This document shows positions 18,823 through 28,257 of a stretch of 64,000 nt of DNA, in pieces. Source of the DNA: a phage; sequence record PV730300.1; one strand, given 5' to 3'. Below the pieces are notes generated by a model. That model was not told where the DNA came from, ran no database searches, and was given only the letters and a program-made list of their open reading frames with translations. How positions within the stretch are numbered: position 1 is the stretch's first letter; each line of letters starts with the position of its first letter. The position numbers were made by a program, and so were the translations under genes.

Positions 18823-19431
18823 ATGGAAGAGAAGATTTGGGATGGTAAAGATCCTTTAGAAGTTGGACACGTAGCGCGTGTCAAAAAATCTACTACAGGT
18901 CCTGGTTTTTCTGGTTTGTATCATATACCAGAAGAAGGTCAGCACGTTACAATTTTGGCTCGTGACAAACAAAACGGAGCAACGCCTGTGTGGATTGTTC
19001 GTTGGTATGACAAAGATCTTAACATTTGCTTGTCACCTATTATGGCTCATTTGCTGGAAGCCCCTTGCTCTGAAGAAGCTCTAATTTTTGTTTCGGCTTT
19101 TCAGAAAGCCACAGGTTTAACATTAGATGTAAAAGATGTGCAAAAAGCACTTGACATTATTGAGGAAGACAACGATACTACATCTAACGACGAACTGGTT
19201 GAAGTTACAATATTATCTTCAGCAGATATCCGAGAGATTGAGAATTGTGATTTTCCAATCACATTTAAAATGTCGCAGAAAGACATACAGTCATCTGGAA
19301 GTTGTTTTGGCATACCTCGTTGGTTTTTTGATTCTATCAAAAATTCTACTACAGAGGGATCAGACTATGATCAAGATGACATGCTTTGGTTCTTAAAAAA
19401 CCGAGAGATTGTTCTCTCACCACTTAAGTAA
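18823..19431 (+). CDS. hypothetical protein (202 aa)
   Basis: ORF track; RBS AGGAGG. Confidence 0.5.
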   Translation: MEEKIWDGKDPLEVGHVARVKKSTTGPGFSGLYHIPEEGQHVTILARDKQNGATPVWIVRWYDKDLNICLSPIMAHLLEAPCSEEALIFVSAFQKATGLTLDVKDVQKALDIIEEDNDTTSNDELVEVTILSSADIREIENCDFPITFKMSQKDIQSSGSCFGIPRWFFDSIKNSTTEGSDYDQDDMLWFLKNREIVLSPLK

Positions 19432-19549
19432 GGAGAAATAATGGTTTCATTTATCGTAGGTGTAGTTGTAGGCTATCTTATTAACAAATATCAAGACGTT
19501 ATTACGGCAAAAGTAAAAGACATTTTAGACTCATCTAAATAATCTATCA

Positions 19550-19580
19550 AAGCTGCATCTTCAATAGGTGCAGCCTTTTA
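19550..19580 (+). terminator. rho-independent terminator-like hairpin (GCTGCA...TGCAGC + TTTT)
   Basis: Inverted repeat followed by T-run. Confidence 0.4.
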
Positions 19581-19594
19581 AAAGGAGATATGGC

Positions 19595-19768
19595 ATGACT
19601 AAACGCACTGATTTTAAATGTATGCATTGTGGGAAATCTTTTGGGGATCATCAAGCTCGCACATTCAACTGTCCACGTAAAGGTCGCGGAAATTTTAAAG
19701 GTTTTAATCCCGCACATGTTTATTCTCCAGATTACGATAAGCCAGAAGAAGAAAAATTTGTTATTTAA
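19595..19768 (+). CDS. hypothetical zinc-finger protein
   Basis: Track ORF 19568..19768; ATG at 19595 after AAAGGAGAT; CxxC...C motif. Confidence 0.45.
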   Translation: MTKRTDFKCMHCGKSFGDHQARTFNCPRKGRGNFKGFNPAHVYSPDYDKPEEEKFVI

Positions 19769-19780
19769 TAAGGAGGTCAT

Positions 19781-20062
19781 ATGGAACTCGTTCAAGAATT
19801 GTATAATGCTTTAGGAGCAAAAGGAAAAGATTGGCCCGAACATGCGCTTATTGCTATAAGAGACTCCGATGGTGAGATTAAGTTTTCAAGCGTAAGTAAA
19901 GAGCACATCGTAGAAACAAAACTGGGTATTTACATGCGTGGAACTTATTGCTTATTCAACACCAGAATGGTAGAAGCCCCTGTTATCGAGGATGGAACAA
20001 AAGGTTGCCCCACAATCGTAACAAAATCCGAATATGAGAAGTTTTTCTACGCTAAGGCTTGA
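19781..20062 (+). CDS. hypothetical protein
   Basis: ORF track; RBS AAGGAGG. Confidence 0.5.
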   Translation: MELVQELYNALGAKGKDWPEHALIAIRDSDGEIKFSSVSKEHIVETKLGIYMRGTYCLFNTRMVEAPVIEDGTKGCPTIVTKSEYEKFFYAKA

Positions 20063-20107
20063 CACAGAAACAATACTATAGGATAGTGATCCTATCGTAG
20101 CAATAGA

Positions 20108-20131
20108 ACCCGCTTCGGCGGGTTTTTTCAT
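20108..20131 (+). terminator. rho-independent terminator (ACCCGC-TTCG-GCGGGT + TTTTTT)
   Basis: Seen directly; tetraloop hairpin plus T-run. Confidence 0.6.
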
Positions 20132-20153
20132 ATCTGTAGCAATAGGAGGTCGT

Positions 20154-20384
20154 GTGTTAAATAAAATCGAAGAAGGTTGTATGGCATTTTTGGTAGATAA
20201 CCCGTTTCCCTTTATGGTTAAGGTCCATGTAGGAGAGTATTTAGGTTATGACGAATGGGATTGTAGTATCAATAGTGAAATGCACCACTACCAACCAACA
20301 ATACTTAAGACGGATCAAATGGCGCGTATTACAGTAGAGGATGAATTGATCATTGAGTTATACGAGAGAGCACTACACAAGTAA
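20154..20384 (+). CDS. hypothetical protein
   Basis: ORF track (GTG start); last gene of rightward block. Confidence 0.4.
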   Translation: MLNKIEEGCMAFLVDNPFPFMVKVHVGEYLGYDEWDCSINSEMHHYQPTILKTDQMARITVEDELIIELYERALHK

Positions 20385-20426
20385 GCTAGAACCCACCTAA
20401 ATCGAACAGAGACGCTCTAAAATAGA

Positions 20427-20455
20427 AAAGGCACCCACTTGGGTGCCTTTGTTTT
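20427..20455. terminator. bidirectional terminator at convergence of rightward and leftward blocks
   Basis: GGCACCC-ACTT-GGGTGCC hairpin flanked by T-runs on both strands. Confidence 0.55.
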
Positions 20456-20726
20456 ATTCTTCGTTAGATTGCGTCTCAGACGCGTTAAATTCGGTTTCAG
20501 TACAACTTGCTAGGTAACTTATATTTTGCATCACTACAACTACAGGTGTTTGAAGTTTATCTTCTAGCCCCGCAGCCACTTGAGCCAAGGCATTATCAAT
20601 ATTTGATTTCCTAACGCCTGTTCCATGTCCTGTTGCCAAGTAAAGATTACCTTCCCCTTTTTGCGTAGCATTAGCAAAGTAGTAAACGTAATGTGCAAGG
20701 TAGTAATCACGGATTTCTTCAGTCAT
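20454..20726 (-). CDS. hypothetical protein (90 aa), last gene of Sir2 operon
   Basis: ORF track; RBS AGGAGAATAAA. Confidence 0.5.
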   Translation of the reverse strand: MTEEIRDYYLAHYVYYFANATQKGEGNLYLATGHGTGVRKSNIDNALAQVAAGLEDKLQTPVVVVMQNISYLASCTETEFNASETQSNEE

Positions 20727-20746
20727 TTTATTCTCCTAATAAGAAA

Positions 20747-20760
20747 GGGGCCGAAGCCCC
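20747..20760 (-). other. conserved intercistronic hairpin GGGGCCGAAGCCCC (copy 1 of 3)
   Basis: Identical 14-nt palindromic hairpin also at 32853 and 37139. Confidence 0.5.
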
Positions 20761-20769
20761 TTGAGTGGT

Positions 20770-21585
20770 TTATTTGTTTAAGTGGTCTTCGACCATTTTA
20801 ATGAAACCTTCATTGCTGAAGGCTGTTGCAGCTTTTTCTCGGTAAACAAAAACTCCACGATCTTCATAGAGAAGTGTTTCTTCGTAATTAACTCCAGGGT
20901 TAACTACAACCATTTTTGTACCCATACTAAGCGCAGGGAATAATTCCCAATTAAAATTGATAACTTGGTTTGAACATCCTACTACTACAACCAAATCTTG
21001 CATGGTCAAAGTATCGAACAAGTGAGCCATATCTGCATACAAAGGTGCAGCCTCACCAAAAAATACAACATTAGGCTTCACCCAGTTATAATCATCTATG
21101 TTTATACTATTGTAACCAATATCTACCAGTGTTTTGTAATCTCCAGGATGCATACGGTAAACTACTTCAGGGAGATATCCGTGCACGTGAATAACAGAAT
21201 CTCTGTCTACACCTGCTCGCTCTAGTAGATCATCAACGTTTGTTGTCAAGTTTACTATTTGGTTAGGATATTCCTTAAACCATTTTGCTATTTGAATATG
21301 TGCAGCATTAGGTTGTACATCTTTAAGTTCAACACGCCTTTTGTTATAAAATTCGTGTGTTTTGGCATACAAATCCATACCGTTCTCGTCTACACCACCG
21401 ACCACCGGAAGATCTGGAGATGTTCTAACACGATAACCTGCCTGGAAAGCTCCAATATCGCAGACCTCTTCTAAATCATATTCTTCCCATAAGGCACGAC
21501 CACTATCGGTGTCTGTTCGGAATGTTCTAATCCCACTATCTGCACTTAAACCTGCACCGCTTACAAAAATCACTCGTCTTGGCAT
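20770..21585 (-). CDS. Sir2-family (sirtuin-like, NAD-binding) protein lacking the zinc ribbon
   Basis: GAGLSADSGIRTFR, NVDDLLERAG, HVHG, VVVVGCS motifs; no CxxC pairs; RBS GAGGAGG. Confidence 0.7.
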   Translation of the reverse strand: MPRRVIFVSGAGLSADSGIRTFRTDTDSGRALWEEYDLEEVCDIGAFQAGYRVRTSPDLPVVGGVDENGMDLYAKTHEFYNKRRVELKDVQPNAAHIQIAKWFKEYPNQIVNLTTNVDDLLERAGVDRDSVIHVHGYLPEVVYRMHPGDYKTLVDIGYNSINIDDYNWVKPNVVFFGEAAPLYADMAHLFDTLTMQDLVVVVGCSNQVINFNWELFPALSMGTKMVVVNPGVNYEETLLYEDRGVFVYREKAATAFSNEGFIKMVEDHLNK

Positions 21586-22073
21586 TCTTCCTCCTCATAA
21601 TCATCATAATCTTCGTCATCCAAATCGTACACTTCATCTTGAGAATAACTCACTTCAAAGTAAATATCAAACTCCGCAAACAAACGTAGAATGTTGGACA
21701 TGCTATAATAAGTATCGTAGGCAGATTCAGCTTCATAGTAAACATAAAGCAAATGGTTAGCCTTATCATCTTCCAAATATTTCCCGTCTGCATACGCATA
21801 GTCTGCATATGCTTTACCTGCATCTTCCACAAGAGAACGATCAAGCAGAGTAGGAAACGGTTTCTCTTTTTCTTTTAGTTTGCTCACCAACCAGTGTGCA
21901 ATATCATGCCAATCTGCATCCTCTCCGCTGAAGCAGCTTGCAACTTCGCCAAACTTGGCATCTCCTAAGTCCCCGCTGATAGTGATCATGGTTGAACTAT
22001 TGTAACCACAAGTTTCGCAATTTGAACAACTGTTGTGCACATGAATTTCTACTTGAAACATATTTCCTCCCAT
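21570..22073 (-). CDS. hypothetical protein with N-terminal Cys cluster and polyacidic C-terminal tail
   Basis: ORF track; CSNCETCG; C-terminus DLDDEDYDDYEEEECQDE. Confidence 0.5.
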   Translation of the reverse strand: MGGNMFQVEIHVHNSCSNCETCGYNSSTMITISGDLGDAKFGEVASCFSGEDADWHDIAHWLVSKLKEKEKPFPTLLDRSLVEDAGKAYADYAYADGKYLEDDKANHLLYVYYEAESAYDTYYSMSNILRLFAEFDIYFEVSYSQDEVYDLDDEDYDDYEEEECQDE

Positions 22074-22119
22074 AAAAGAAAAGCCCCCTGAAACAGGAGG
22101 CTTTGTTCAGATGCTGGCA

Positions 22120-22773
22120 CTATACCAGACTTTGTAGGTATTTGTCAAGGGCTTCTTGATCTCCTTGACAAACATAGCAACGGAAGTCTTGAGCCGAAGG
22201 TTGTTTATTTTCATCCCAGTCCCAATAAACATTACCCTTATAACGTGAACCAGGAAACTCAAAAGAGGCTGTATGTGTAATGTATCCTGGGCCACCAGTG
22301 AAATCACAGAATGAGAATTGGGGGTATGCCGCCTTTACTGCCTCAATAAACCAAGCTTTACGATCTAAAGCTTCATTGATGCTATATGCATGTCTCTCCA
22401 TTTCTTCCCACGTTTTCCAGACACTTCTTTCATCAGGAGAAAAGACAAGCCATTCTGGAAGGTAGAGAGTGTCATAGTAATCATCATATTCGATCTCGGA
22501 GGCGCACGAAGCTGACTCCTCCAGTTTTGAGTAATCAAAAGCAGAATATACCCACCAACCATCTTCCAGTAAGGCTTTGACAGGGACGAAGCCTTTATCA
22601 GCATATTGATCGAATTGTTTGACACGGTGGCTTGTGCAGTCTTCAAACTCACATTCTAAACGATATGCACCTTTTCGACGAGCCTCAAGACCGTGTGTAC
22701 TGAAAATAACAACACTTCCTTCACCATCATTACGATCTACTTGATAAGCAACTACTGGTTTTGAATTTGACAT
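22120..22773 (-). CDS. hypothetical protein (217 aa)
   Basis: ORF track. Confidence 0.5.
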   Translation of the reverse strand: MSNSKPVVAYQVDRNDGEGSVVIFSTHGLEARRKGAYRLECEFEDCTSHRVKQFDQYADKGFVPVKALLEDGWWVYSAFDYSKLEESASCASEIEYDDYYDTLYLPEWLVFSPDERSVWKTWEEMERHAYSINEALDRKAWFIEAVKAAYPQFSFCDFTGGPGYITHTASFEFPGSRYKGNVYWDWDENKQPSAQDFRCYVCQGDQEALDKYLQSLV

Positions 22774-23456
22774 TATTTCTCCTTATCTAGAAGATTGTTA
22801 GACAAAAACACGGCACGAGCAAAACCACGAGCGGTTAGGGATCTAAGTTGTTTTGTTTTTGCACTAGCTCCACCTAAGCTTTTCCAACCCCAGAAGCAGC
22901 CTATATGATCTACTGGTTTCTTCACTGGTTGAACAAAACCATTGCCGTGCCAAATACAAGTTTTCTTTGTATACCCATCACGGGTAGGCATTTTAGGATG
23001 AAAGCTTCCTTCCTCTTCAAACAAATACCCACCATATTCATAAGGATCAAAGTAAAAATCGGGTTTACGCCATAAGGTTGAAAGTTTACCTACTGGGTTC
23101 TCAATCATCCAAGGAACATTATATTTGTTACCCAAAGCTTCCACTACACGAATATTAGCTAAAGCTTCATCTAATTCCTCTGTGCTACGTTCGTGTTTGC
23201 TACCACTACCTGCTAACATAGTGCAAGGTGGAAATCCAAAAATAATATCGGGTTTAGGTATCCCATGATCTTCAGGGTTGAATGTAGAATCTATCCAGGC
23301 ATTCACATAGGTTATGTTTGGGTGCTCCATCCTAACCTCGTATTTACCGTGGTCCCCTTCGTCAGCGTTCACACAAAAACACTTGTGACCTGCTTCGGCA
23401 TAACGTAACACCATGATCCCAGATCCGTCAAACATAGACAAAACTGTTTTACTCAT
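22773..23456 (-). CDS. cytosine-C5 methyltransferase-like protein (compact, no target-recognition domain)
   Basis: LSMFDGSG (motif I-like), FGFPPCT (PC motif IV-like), IENPVG (ENV-like motif VI); ATG at 23456 after GGAGGGG. Confidence 0.5.
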   Translation of the reverse strand: MSKTVLSMFDGSGIMVLRYAEAGHKCFCVNADEGDHGKYEVRMEHPNITYVNAWIDSTFNPEDHGIPKPDIIFGFPPCTMLAGSGSKHERSTEELDEALANIRVVEALGNKYNVPWMIENPVGKLSTLWRKPDFYFDPYEYGGYLFEEEGSFHPKMPTRDGYTKKTCIWHGNGFVQPVKKPVDHIGCFWGWKSLGGASAKTKQLRSLTARGFARAVFLSNNLLDKEK

Positions 23457-23862
23457 TACCCCTCCATTTAAGACAAGCCATAACTTTACGCCAATCACTT
23501 TCTGTAAGAAAAATCTCGTTTGCTTTCTTCCACAAATCTAAATCGTGAAGGGTTGGAATACGATATGTTAGTTCACAGAATCTATGCTCTTCTTCTGTAA
23601 TATAACCAAAATGCAGAGCCACATCGTGAAACCAACACCAACCATGCATCTCTCGAACAACATGGTCATGCTGAGACATTGTTTTATGCCGTAAACCTAA
23701 CCAACAAGGAACAGATACTTTAGTAGTCTTTAATCTGTGATTAACAGTATTAGAGTATTCAATAATAGCTGTCAGTTTCAATCGTGCTTTTTCTAAATCC
23801 TCATGGGTCACTTTGAAATAACTTTCTGAAAGATATCCACACATATTAATAACCTCCTTCAA
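23449..23862 (-). CDS. hypothetical His-rich protein
   Basis: ORF track. Confidence 0.45.
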   Translation of the reverse strand: MKEVINMCGYLSESYFKVTHEDLEKARLKLTAIIEYSNTVNHRLKTTKVSVPCWLGLRHKTMSQHDHVVREMHGWCWFHDVALHFGYITEEEHRFCELTYRIPTLHDLDLWKKANEIFLTESDWRKVMACLKWRGNE

Positions 23863-24787
23863 AAGGCTTAACTACATGTTGATTAGCTTTAAAACGTTCA
23901 ACATAGTCGTTTTCACCCATGTTTTCATATAGCTTAGTAACAACATAAAAGTTTTCCCAAGCATACTCCCTAAACCAACCACTAGTGATGGATGTGCAGA
24001 CTTTAGATAAAGCCATTATAAAACTTTGCTTAGGGGTTGGACCTCCGATCTCTCCACCGAAAGGAATTTGTGAACGTTCCAAAGCCAAAACACACGCTTC
24101 TTCATAAACACCTAATAGGCGCACATGTTTTGGTTGAGCAAAAAACTTTTCTTTGCTGGTCATAACTTCACTTCCATCTTTCATATAAGATTTATATGCT
24201 GGAGCATCCATTACCGCGATTGCTTCATGGATAGAATCATGATCATAAACATACGGAACCTCATCACCTTTAAAGAAGTCTTTACTTTTTACGTTTAAGT
24301 TTGGATGAGAGTAAGTGTATGTTTCTTTCTCACGCAACTCATAAATACTCTTAAGATTTTCTGGGATCTTTGCGCCCAGTGACCGCATGAAATGAATATC
24401 TTTCATAGTTTTAAAGAAGTGAGGACTATCCTTTTTAAAACGATGACTCATTTTAAGAAGGTAGAGCACATCTAAAGGAGCAACAACATGTCCAGCGTAA
24501 GTTCGACGAACATCCTCAGAATCTTCACAATAACTAATCAAAGCTTCTGTGCTATCTCCTTGAGAAGCAATATCGTATTCCAAATGTGCACCAGCTATCA
24601 TTTTGACATGGCCTTTGTTCCCTTTACGTTCTACAAGTTCAACAAACTCATCTTGAGAGAACATTTTTGATAATTCTTCCCACTCTTGTTCTGTACACAG
24701 GTAATCTAAATCTACACAAGGGCGATACAAGTCTTTTCCCATGTCCATAGCATGAATTTGCAATGCACGGCTACCAATTAACACCAT
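23846..24787 (-). CDS. putative nucleotidyltransferase-fold protein
   Basis: N-terminal IGSRA...VDLDYL resembles GS...DxD NTase signature; tentative. Confidence 0.35.
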   Translation of the reverse strand: MVLIGSRALQIHAMDMGKDLYRPCVDLDYLCTEQEWEELSKMFSQDEFVELVERKGNKGHVKMIAGAHLEYDIASQGDSTEALISYCEDSEDVRRTYAGHVVAPLDVLYLLKMSHRFKKDSPHFFKTMKDIHFMRSLGAKIPENLKSIYELREKETYTYSHPNLNVKSKDFFKGDEVPYVYDHDSIHEAIAVMDAPAYKSYMKDGSEVMTSKEKFFAQPKHVRLLGVYEEACVLALERSQIPFGGEIGGPTPKQSFIMALSKVCTSITSGWFREYAWENFYVVTKLYENMGENDYVERFKANQHVVKPFEGGY

Positions 24788-24851
24788 AATATTTCTCCTC
24801 TATTGGTTGATAGGTTAAGTTTATCAAGCTTCCAGATTCCTGTCAATAAAA

Positions 24852-24872
24852 AACCCGCCGAAGCGGGTTATT
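24852..24872 (-). terminator. rho-independent terminator (ACCCGC-TTCG-GCGGGT + T-run)
   Basis: Same hairpin sequence as 20108 terminator, here oriented for the minus strand. Confidence 0.5.
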
Positions 24873-24877
24873 ATTTA

Positions 24878-25150
24878 CTAACACATTGAGGAAGAAGAGA
24901 TCCAAACACCTCTTGTGGTTAAACCATTTTCATCCAACTCTACACCATAATCTTCACAAATGAAATCAATATAGTGATCTGCGGCTGACGTTCCTGTAGG
25001 GTAATAAGTTTCTCCGTTACCGTAGTCACCTATCCAAGCTTGTTCCTGAAACTGTTCACAAAGTTCTTCAATCTCCTTACGAAACTTTCTTTGTGCTTGT
25101 TCCATCTCTTTAACTTTCTTTTTTATCAGCAGTTCGCCTTCAGACTCCAC
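24878..25150 (-). CDS. small acidic protein, W-x-SSS-C C-terminal family (member 1)
   Basis: C-terminus GVWISSSSMC; helical N-terminus. Confidence 0.5.
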   Translation of the reverse strand: MESEGELLIKKKVKEMEQAQRKFRKEIEELCEQFQEQAWIGDYGNGETYYPTGTSAADHYIDFICEDYGVELDENGLTTRGVWISSSSMC

Positions 25151-25159
25151 AATCTCTCC

Positions 25160-25378
25160 TTAACAGCTACTACTGTGCCAAACGCCTTGAGAATTAACGA
25201 CGAAACCATCATCACCTTCGCCATAACAAGAAGAGGATTGCCAATCTTCAAAACAGATTGCGTCATTTTCTAAACTAAGACCAAAACCAGCATCTTCAGC
25301 TTCTTTTGTAAGTTCGTCCACTAAAGCCATAATAGCTTGGGCTTTTTCAGTTAATTCTTCAACATTACGATCACTCAT
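25160..25378 (-). CDS. small acidic protein, W-x-SSS-C C-terminal family (member 2)
   Basis: C-terminus GVWHSSSC plus internal EDWQSSSC; start at MSDRNV (TAATG overlap). Confidence 0.5.
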   Translation of the reverse strand: MSDRNVEELTEKAQAIMALVDELTKEAEDAGFGLSLENDAICFEDWQSSSCYGEGDDGFVVNSQGVWHSSSC

Positions 25379-25692
25379 TAGTATTTCTCCTCTGGTTGGA
25401 AAACTGAACGACAAGCCCACATACTAGCTTCTTTTAAATGTTTAATAGCACAACGGATTTGATCAATACGTTCGTATGCAAGATCTAATTCTTTTTCTGT
25501 GCCGTCAAAAGACCCATGATATGCTTCACAATACTCTTCCTCTAAAGCTTTGAAGATTAAACCTAAACGCTCTTCTGCATCTTTAATAGCGTTAACCTTG
25601 CCAATCTTATCGTCAGTATGCGCCTTATAACCTTTGATATCTTCGATTCCCACTTTACCCCCTATTAACAACTTAAAGAAGATGGATGCCAA
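25378..25692 (-). CDS. hypothetical protein
   Basis: ORF track; start uncertain. Confidence 0.4.
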   Translation of the reverse strand: MASIFFKLLIGGKVGIEDIKGYKAHTDDKIGKVNAIKDAEERLGLIFKALEEEYCEAYHGSFDGTEKELDLAYERIDQIRCAIKHLKEASMWACRSVFQPEEKY

Positions 25693-25862
25693 TTTGTCCC
25701 AGTATTCTCATTTTCATCTTCTGGATCATAATAACCACCCATCCCATATTCAGGGGAGAAACGGAAACCTTTACCAGTCTCATCTGCTAACTGCTCTGCT
25801 TCCGCTAAAGCCTCATAAGCTGCTTTTACGGCTTCTTCTACTGTTTTAAACTTGGTCGTCAT
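25665..25862 (-). CDS. small acidic protein, W-x-SSS-C C-terminal family (member 3)
   Basis: C-terminus TNWHPSSLSC. Confidence 0.5.
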   Translation of the reverse strand: MTTKFKTVEEAVKAAYEALAEAEQLADETGKGFRFSPEYGMGGYYDPEDENENTGTNWHPSSLSC

Positions 25863-26136
25863 AAAATTTCTCCTCTCCTAAAGACATGTTGACATGAAAT
25901 GCACGATATGTAAATTCGTTGTCCGTTGTGTTTGAATAAAACTCAAATTGAACAACACCGTCTTGAGAAGACAGATACATGCCAATTTGAACTGTTCCTT
26001 CTGGTACCAGGTAAGCATACTCTGGACGTAGTGTTACATTGTAAAAATAAAGTTCCCCAACACCCATTTCATCCCAAGCTTCCCAAGCGGTAACGAAGTT
26101 ACTTTCAAAACTTGTTACTGATCCGAACTCTGCCAT
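25846..26136 (-). CDS. hypothetical protein
   Basis: ORF track. Confidence 0.45.
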   Translation of the reverse strand: MAEFGSVTSFESNFVTAWEAWDEMGVGELYFYNVTLRPEYAYLVPEGTVQIGMYLSSQDGVVQFEFYSNTTDNEFTYRAFHVNMSLGEEKFYDDQV

Positions 26137-26627
26137 AAAACCTCCTCAATCTTGTAGTTTGACTCCATCTCCAACACATTTCCACGAACGTCTCTCCGAA
26201 GAAAGGCATAAGCTTTATTAGGTATTGTAGACTCATATTTAACCATATCTGGCACAGCAAAAGATACTACTACTCCTGCTGGGCTTCTGTCAAGAGCCTT
26301 ATTAATATTTCTAAGGATATCGTTAGCCAAGATTTCTGCCAATTCTCCAAGAACAGTTTCGGTTATATCTTTATATCCCATTAAGTATTTGTTGATATCT
26401 TTCATCTCTGTATTGTTCAGAGTATAGTCCAAAGGATAGAAATTCAAAGCGGAGTCACTTTTATGTGTCCACATGAAATGCACCCGATCAGAGCAGAATC
26501 GTAACCCTCTGTGAAGAATATCTTCTACAACAGGGAGAATTTCTTTTGTTACATCATTAACCATGTTGTAATCTAAGATTTCTGCCAAGTTTGTTCTTTG
26601 TTCACCACGTTTACGTTTAGGAATCAC
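26115..26627 (-). CDS. hypothetical protein (170 aa)
   Basis: ORF track. Confidence 0.45.
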   Translation of the reverse strand: MIPKRKRGEQRTNLAEILDYNMVNDVTKEILPVVEDILHRGLRFCSDRVHFMWTHKSDSALNFYPLDYTLNNTEMKDINKYLMGYKDITETVLGELAEILANDILRNINKALDRSPAGVVVSFAVPDMVKYESTIPNKAYAFLRRDVRGNVLEMESNYKIEEVLWQSSDQ

Positions 26628-27198
26628 TTGTTATTGCCCTCATTACCAAAGGTCGTAGAAAATCGTAAATCTCTTGTTTTGTTTTCCCACGAATGTTTAA
26701 ACAAGGAACATTATTGGCTTTAGCTATCTTCCAAGCCGTAGCTGTTCCACCTTTTGCATCTCCATGTTTATCAGCATTAGCACAAGCCAACAAGAAACAT
26801 GATGGAGCAGGATTCTCCAAATCTCTACCTAACACTTGATGCACATTACGTTGGTGCAATTTTCTAGCACCCTGCTTAAGCTTTTCATAGGCTGGGTGAA
26901 CATCTTTGATCCATTGCACAGAGATAGCATAGTTCATTGTATCTGGTTTTGCAAGAACAATAACATCCCCTGGAATCTGATTACCTTTGAAATTTTCCCA
27001 AGGAACATAAATCTCCTTGTTAGTAGGATTTTCAGACTCTTGGACACCTGTTTCAAAAGCAGAATCACTACCCTCTGCCTTCCCAGACCTTAATTTAAAC
27101 CCAAGGTTTGAAAGCCATTTCCCTATGCCTACCATCAAAGCCCACTCTTCTTCGGATATGTCTCTACTTCCAACTCCCGTATAGAACAGTTCTGCCAT
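26617..27198 (-). CDS. DprA/Smf-like (SLOG superfamily) Rossmann-fold protein
   Basis: GVGSR...SGKAEGSDSA motif pattern; start at MAELFYTG after GAGGTG. Confidence 0.45.
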   Translation of the reverse strand: MAELFYTGVGSRDISEEEWALMVGIGKWLSNLGFKLRSGKAEGSDSAFETGVQESENPTNKEIYVPWENFKGNQIPGDVIVLAKPDTMNYAISVQWIKDVHPAYEKLKQGARKLHQRNVHQVLGRDLENPAPSCFLLACANADKHGDAKGGTATAWKIAKANNVPCLNIRGKTKQEIYDFLRPLVMRAITSDS

Positions 27199-27205
27199 AA
27201 TCACC

Positions 27206-27514
27206 TCAACAAGTAATTTCAAAAGGTGTATACGGTTCCGTATTTCTCATGATCCAAGGACTGCTAGGATTGCTCGGATCATAAGGACCAAAAGGTTTTA
27301 TGGTAGGTTGTGTTTCTTTCTTCTGAATCTCTTCAAAAATACGACGAAGTTCAGAATATTCTTGATCCACCATAAGATTCGGTGCATCTGATTCTACAGC
27401 TTGTAGGTTATTTTCCTTAAAAACAACCTCACGAACAAGATTAACATCCTCTGTTTCTAAGATAACTTCTTTACGGATATTACCTACACTTTGAATAATT
27501 GTAATCTTATACAT
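27206..27514 (-). CDS. hypothetical protein
   Basis: ORF track. Confidence 0.45.
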   Translation of the reverse strand: MYKITIIQSVGNIRKEVILETEDVNLVREVVFKENNLQAVESDAPNLMVDQEYSELRRIFEEIQKKETQPTIKPFGPYDPSNPSSPWIMRNTEPYTPFEITC

Positions 27515-28257
27515 TAATCCTCCTCAAGAGTTGAATAAAATTGAAGACCACCGTCCATATCGAAATAAGCAAATGTTAAGTTATTATTGAACACAGATCC
27601 AGTATCCATATAAACACGATTCGCATTGATAATAGGTGTTTTTACATAAGAGTGTCCATGAAACACATAATCCACACCCATCACAACAGGAAGTTTCATT
27701 CCCTCTTTAGCACAATCCACCATATCTCTGTCCCACATAAGTGCTTCAGCAAAACGGTTTTCCTGTGTTTTTGTCATCTTCAAAATGTATTCTGGAATAT
27801 CTGTTACAGGGAGATATTCCAAAGAAGATGGATACCCACCATGAATAAACGCAAGTTTCATGCCTCTGTAGTTAACAATGAGAACAACAGGTAAATCTTC
27901 TGTCATCATTGCTAAGGCTGTAGCTCCTTCTTCACCACATTCTTCAAGGACCGTATATCCTCCATTTTGATACCAACACTCGAAGTAGCTACGATCTCCT
28001 TCCAGCATACCTTTAATCATCATGTCTTCATGATTTCCACGAATAGCATAGCGATGGTGTTTACGAGTAAATTCTAAAACACAACGAAAGTTTTGCTTTC
28101 CACGGTCAGTAAGATCTCCTAAAGATACAACTACATCTGTATCTCGGATACCTAACTTTGCCTTTCCTTTTTCATACAAATTATAACAACCGTGTAGATC
28201 TCCGATTATAAAAAGATCTTGATCGCTTTTAACAGTAATTTCTCTGTGTATGATCAC
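27514..28257 (-). CDS. Ser/Thr protein phosphatase (lambda-phosphatase-like metallophosphatase)
   Basis: GDLHGC, GDLTDRG, GNHE, GHS motifs. Confidence 0.7.
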   Translation of the reverse strand: MIIHREITVKSDQDLFIIGDLHGCYNLYEKGKAKLGIRDTDVVVSLGDLTDRGKQNFRCVLEFTRKHHRYAIRGNHEDMMIKGMLEGDRSYFECWYQNGGYTVLEECGEEGATALAMMTEDLPVVLIVNYRGMKLAFIHGGYPSSLEYLPVTDIPEYILKMTKTQENRFAEALMWDRDMVDCAKEGMKLPVVMGVDYVFHGHSYVKTPIINANRVYMDTGSVFNNNLTFAYFDMDGGLQFYSTLEED

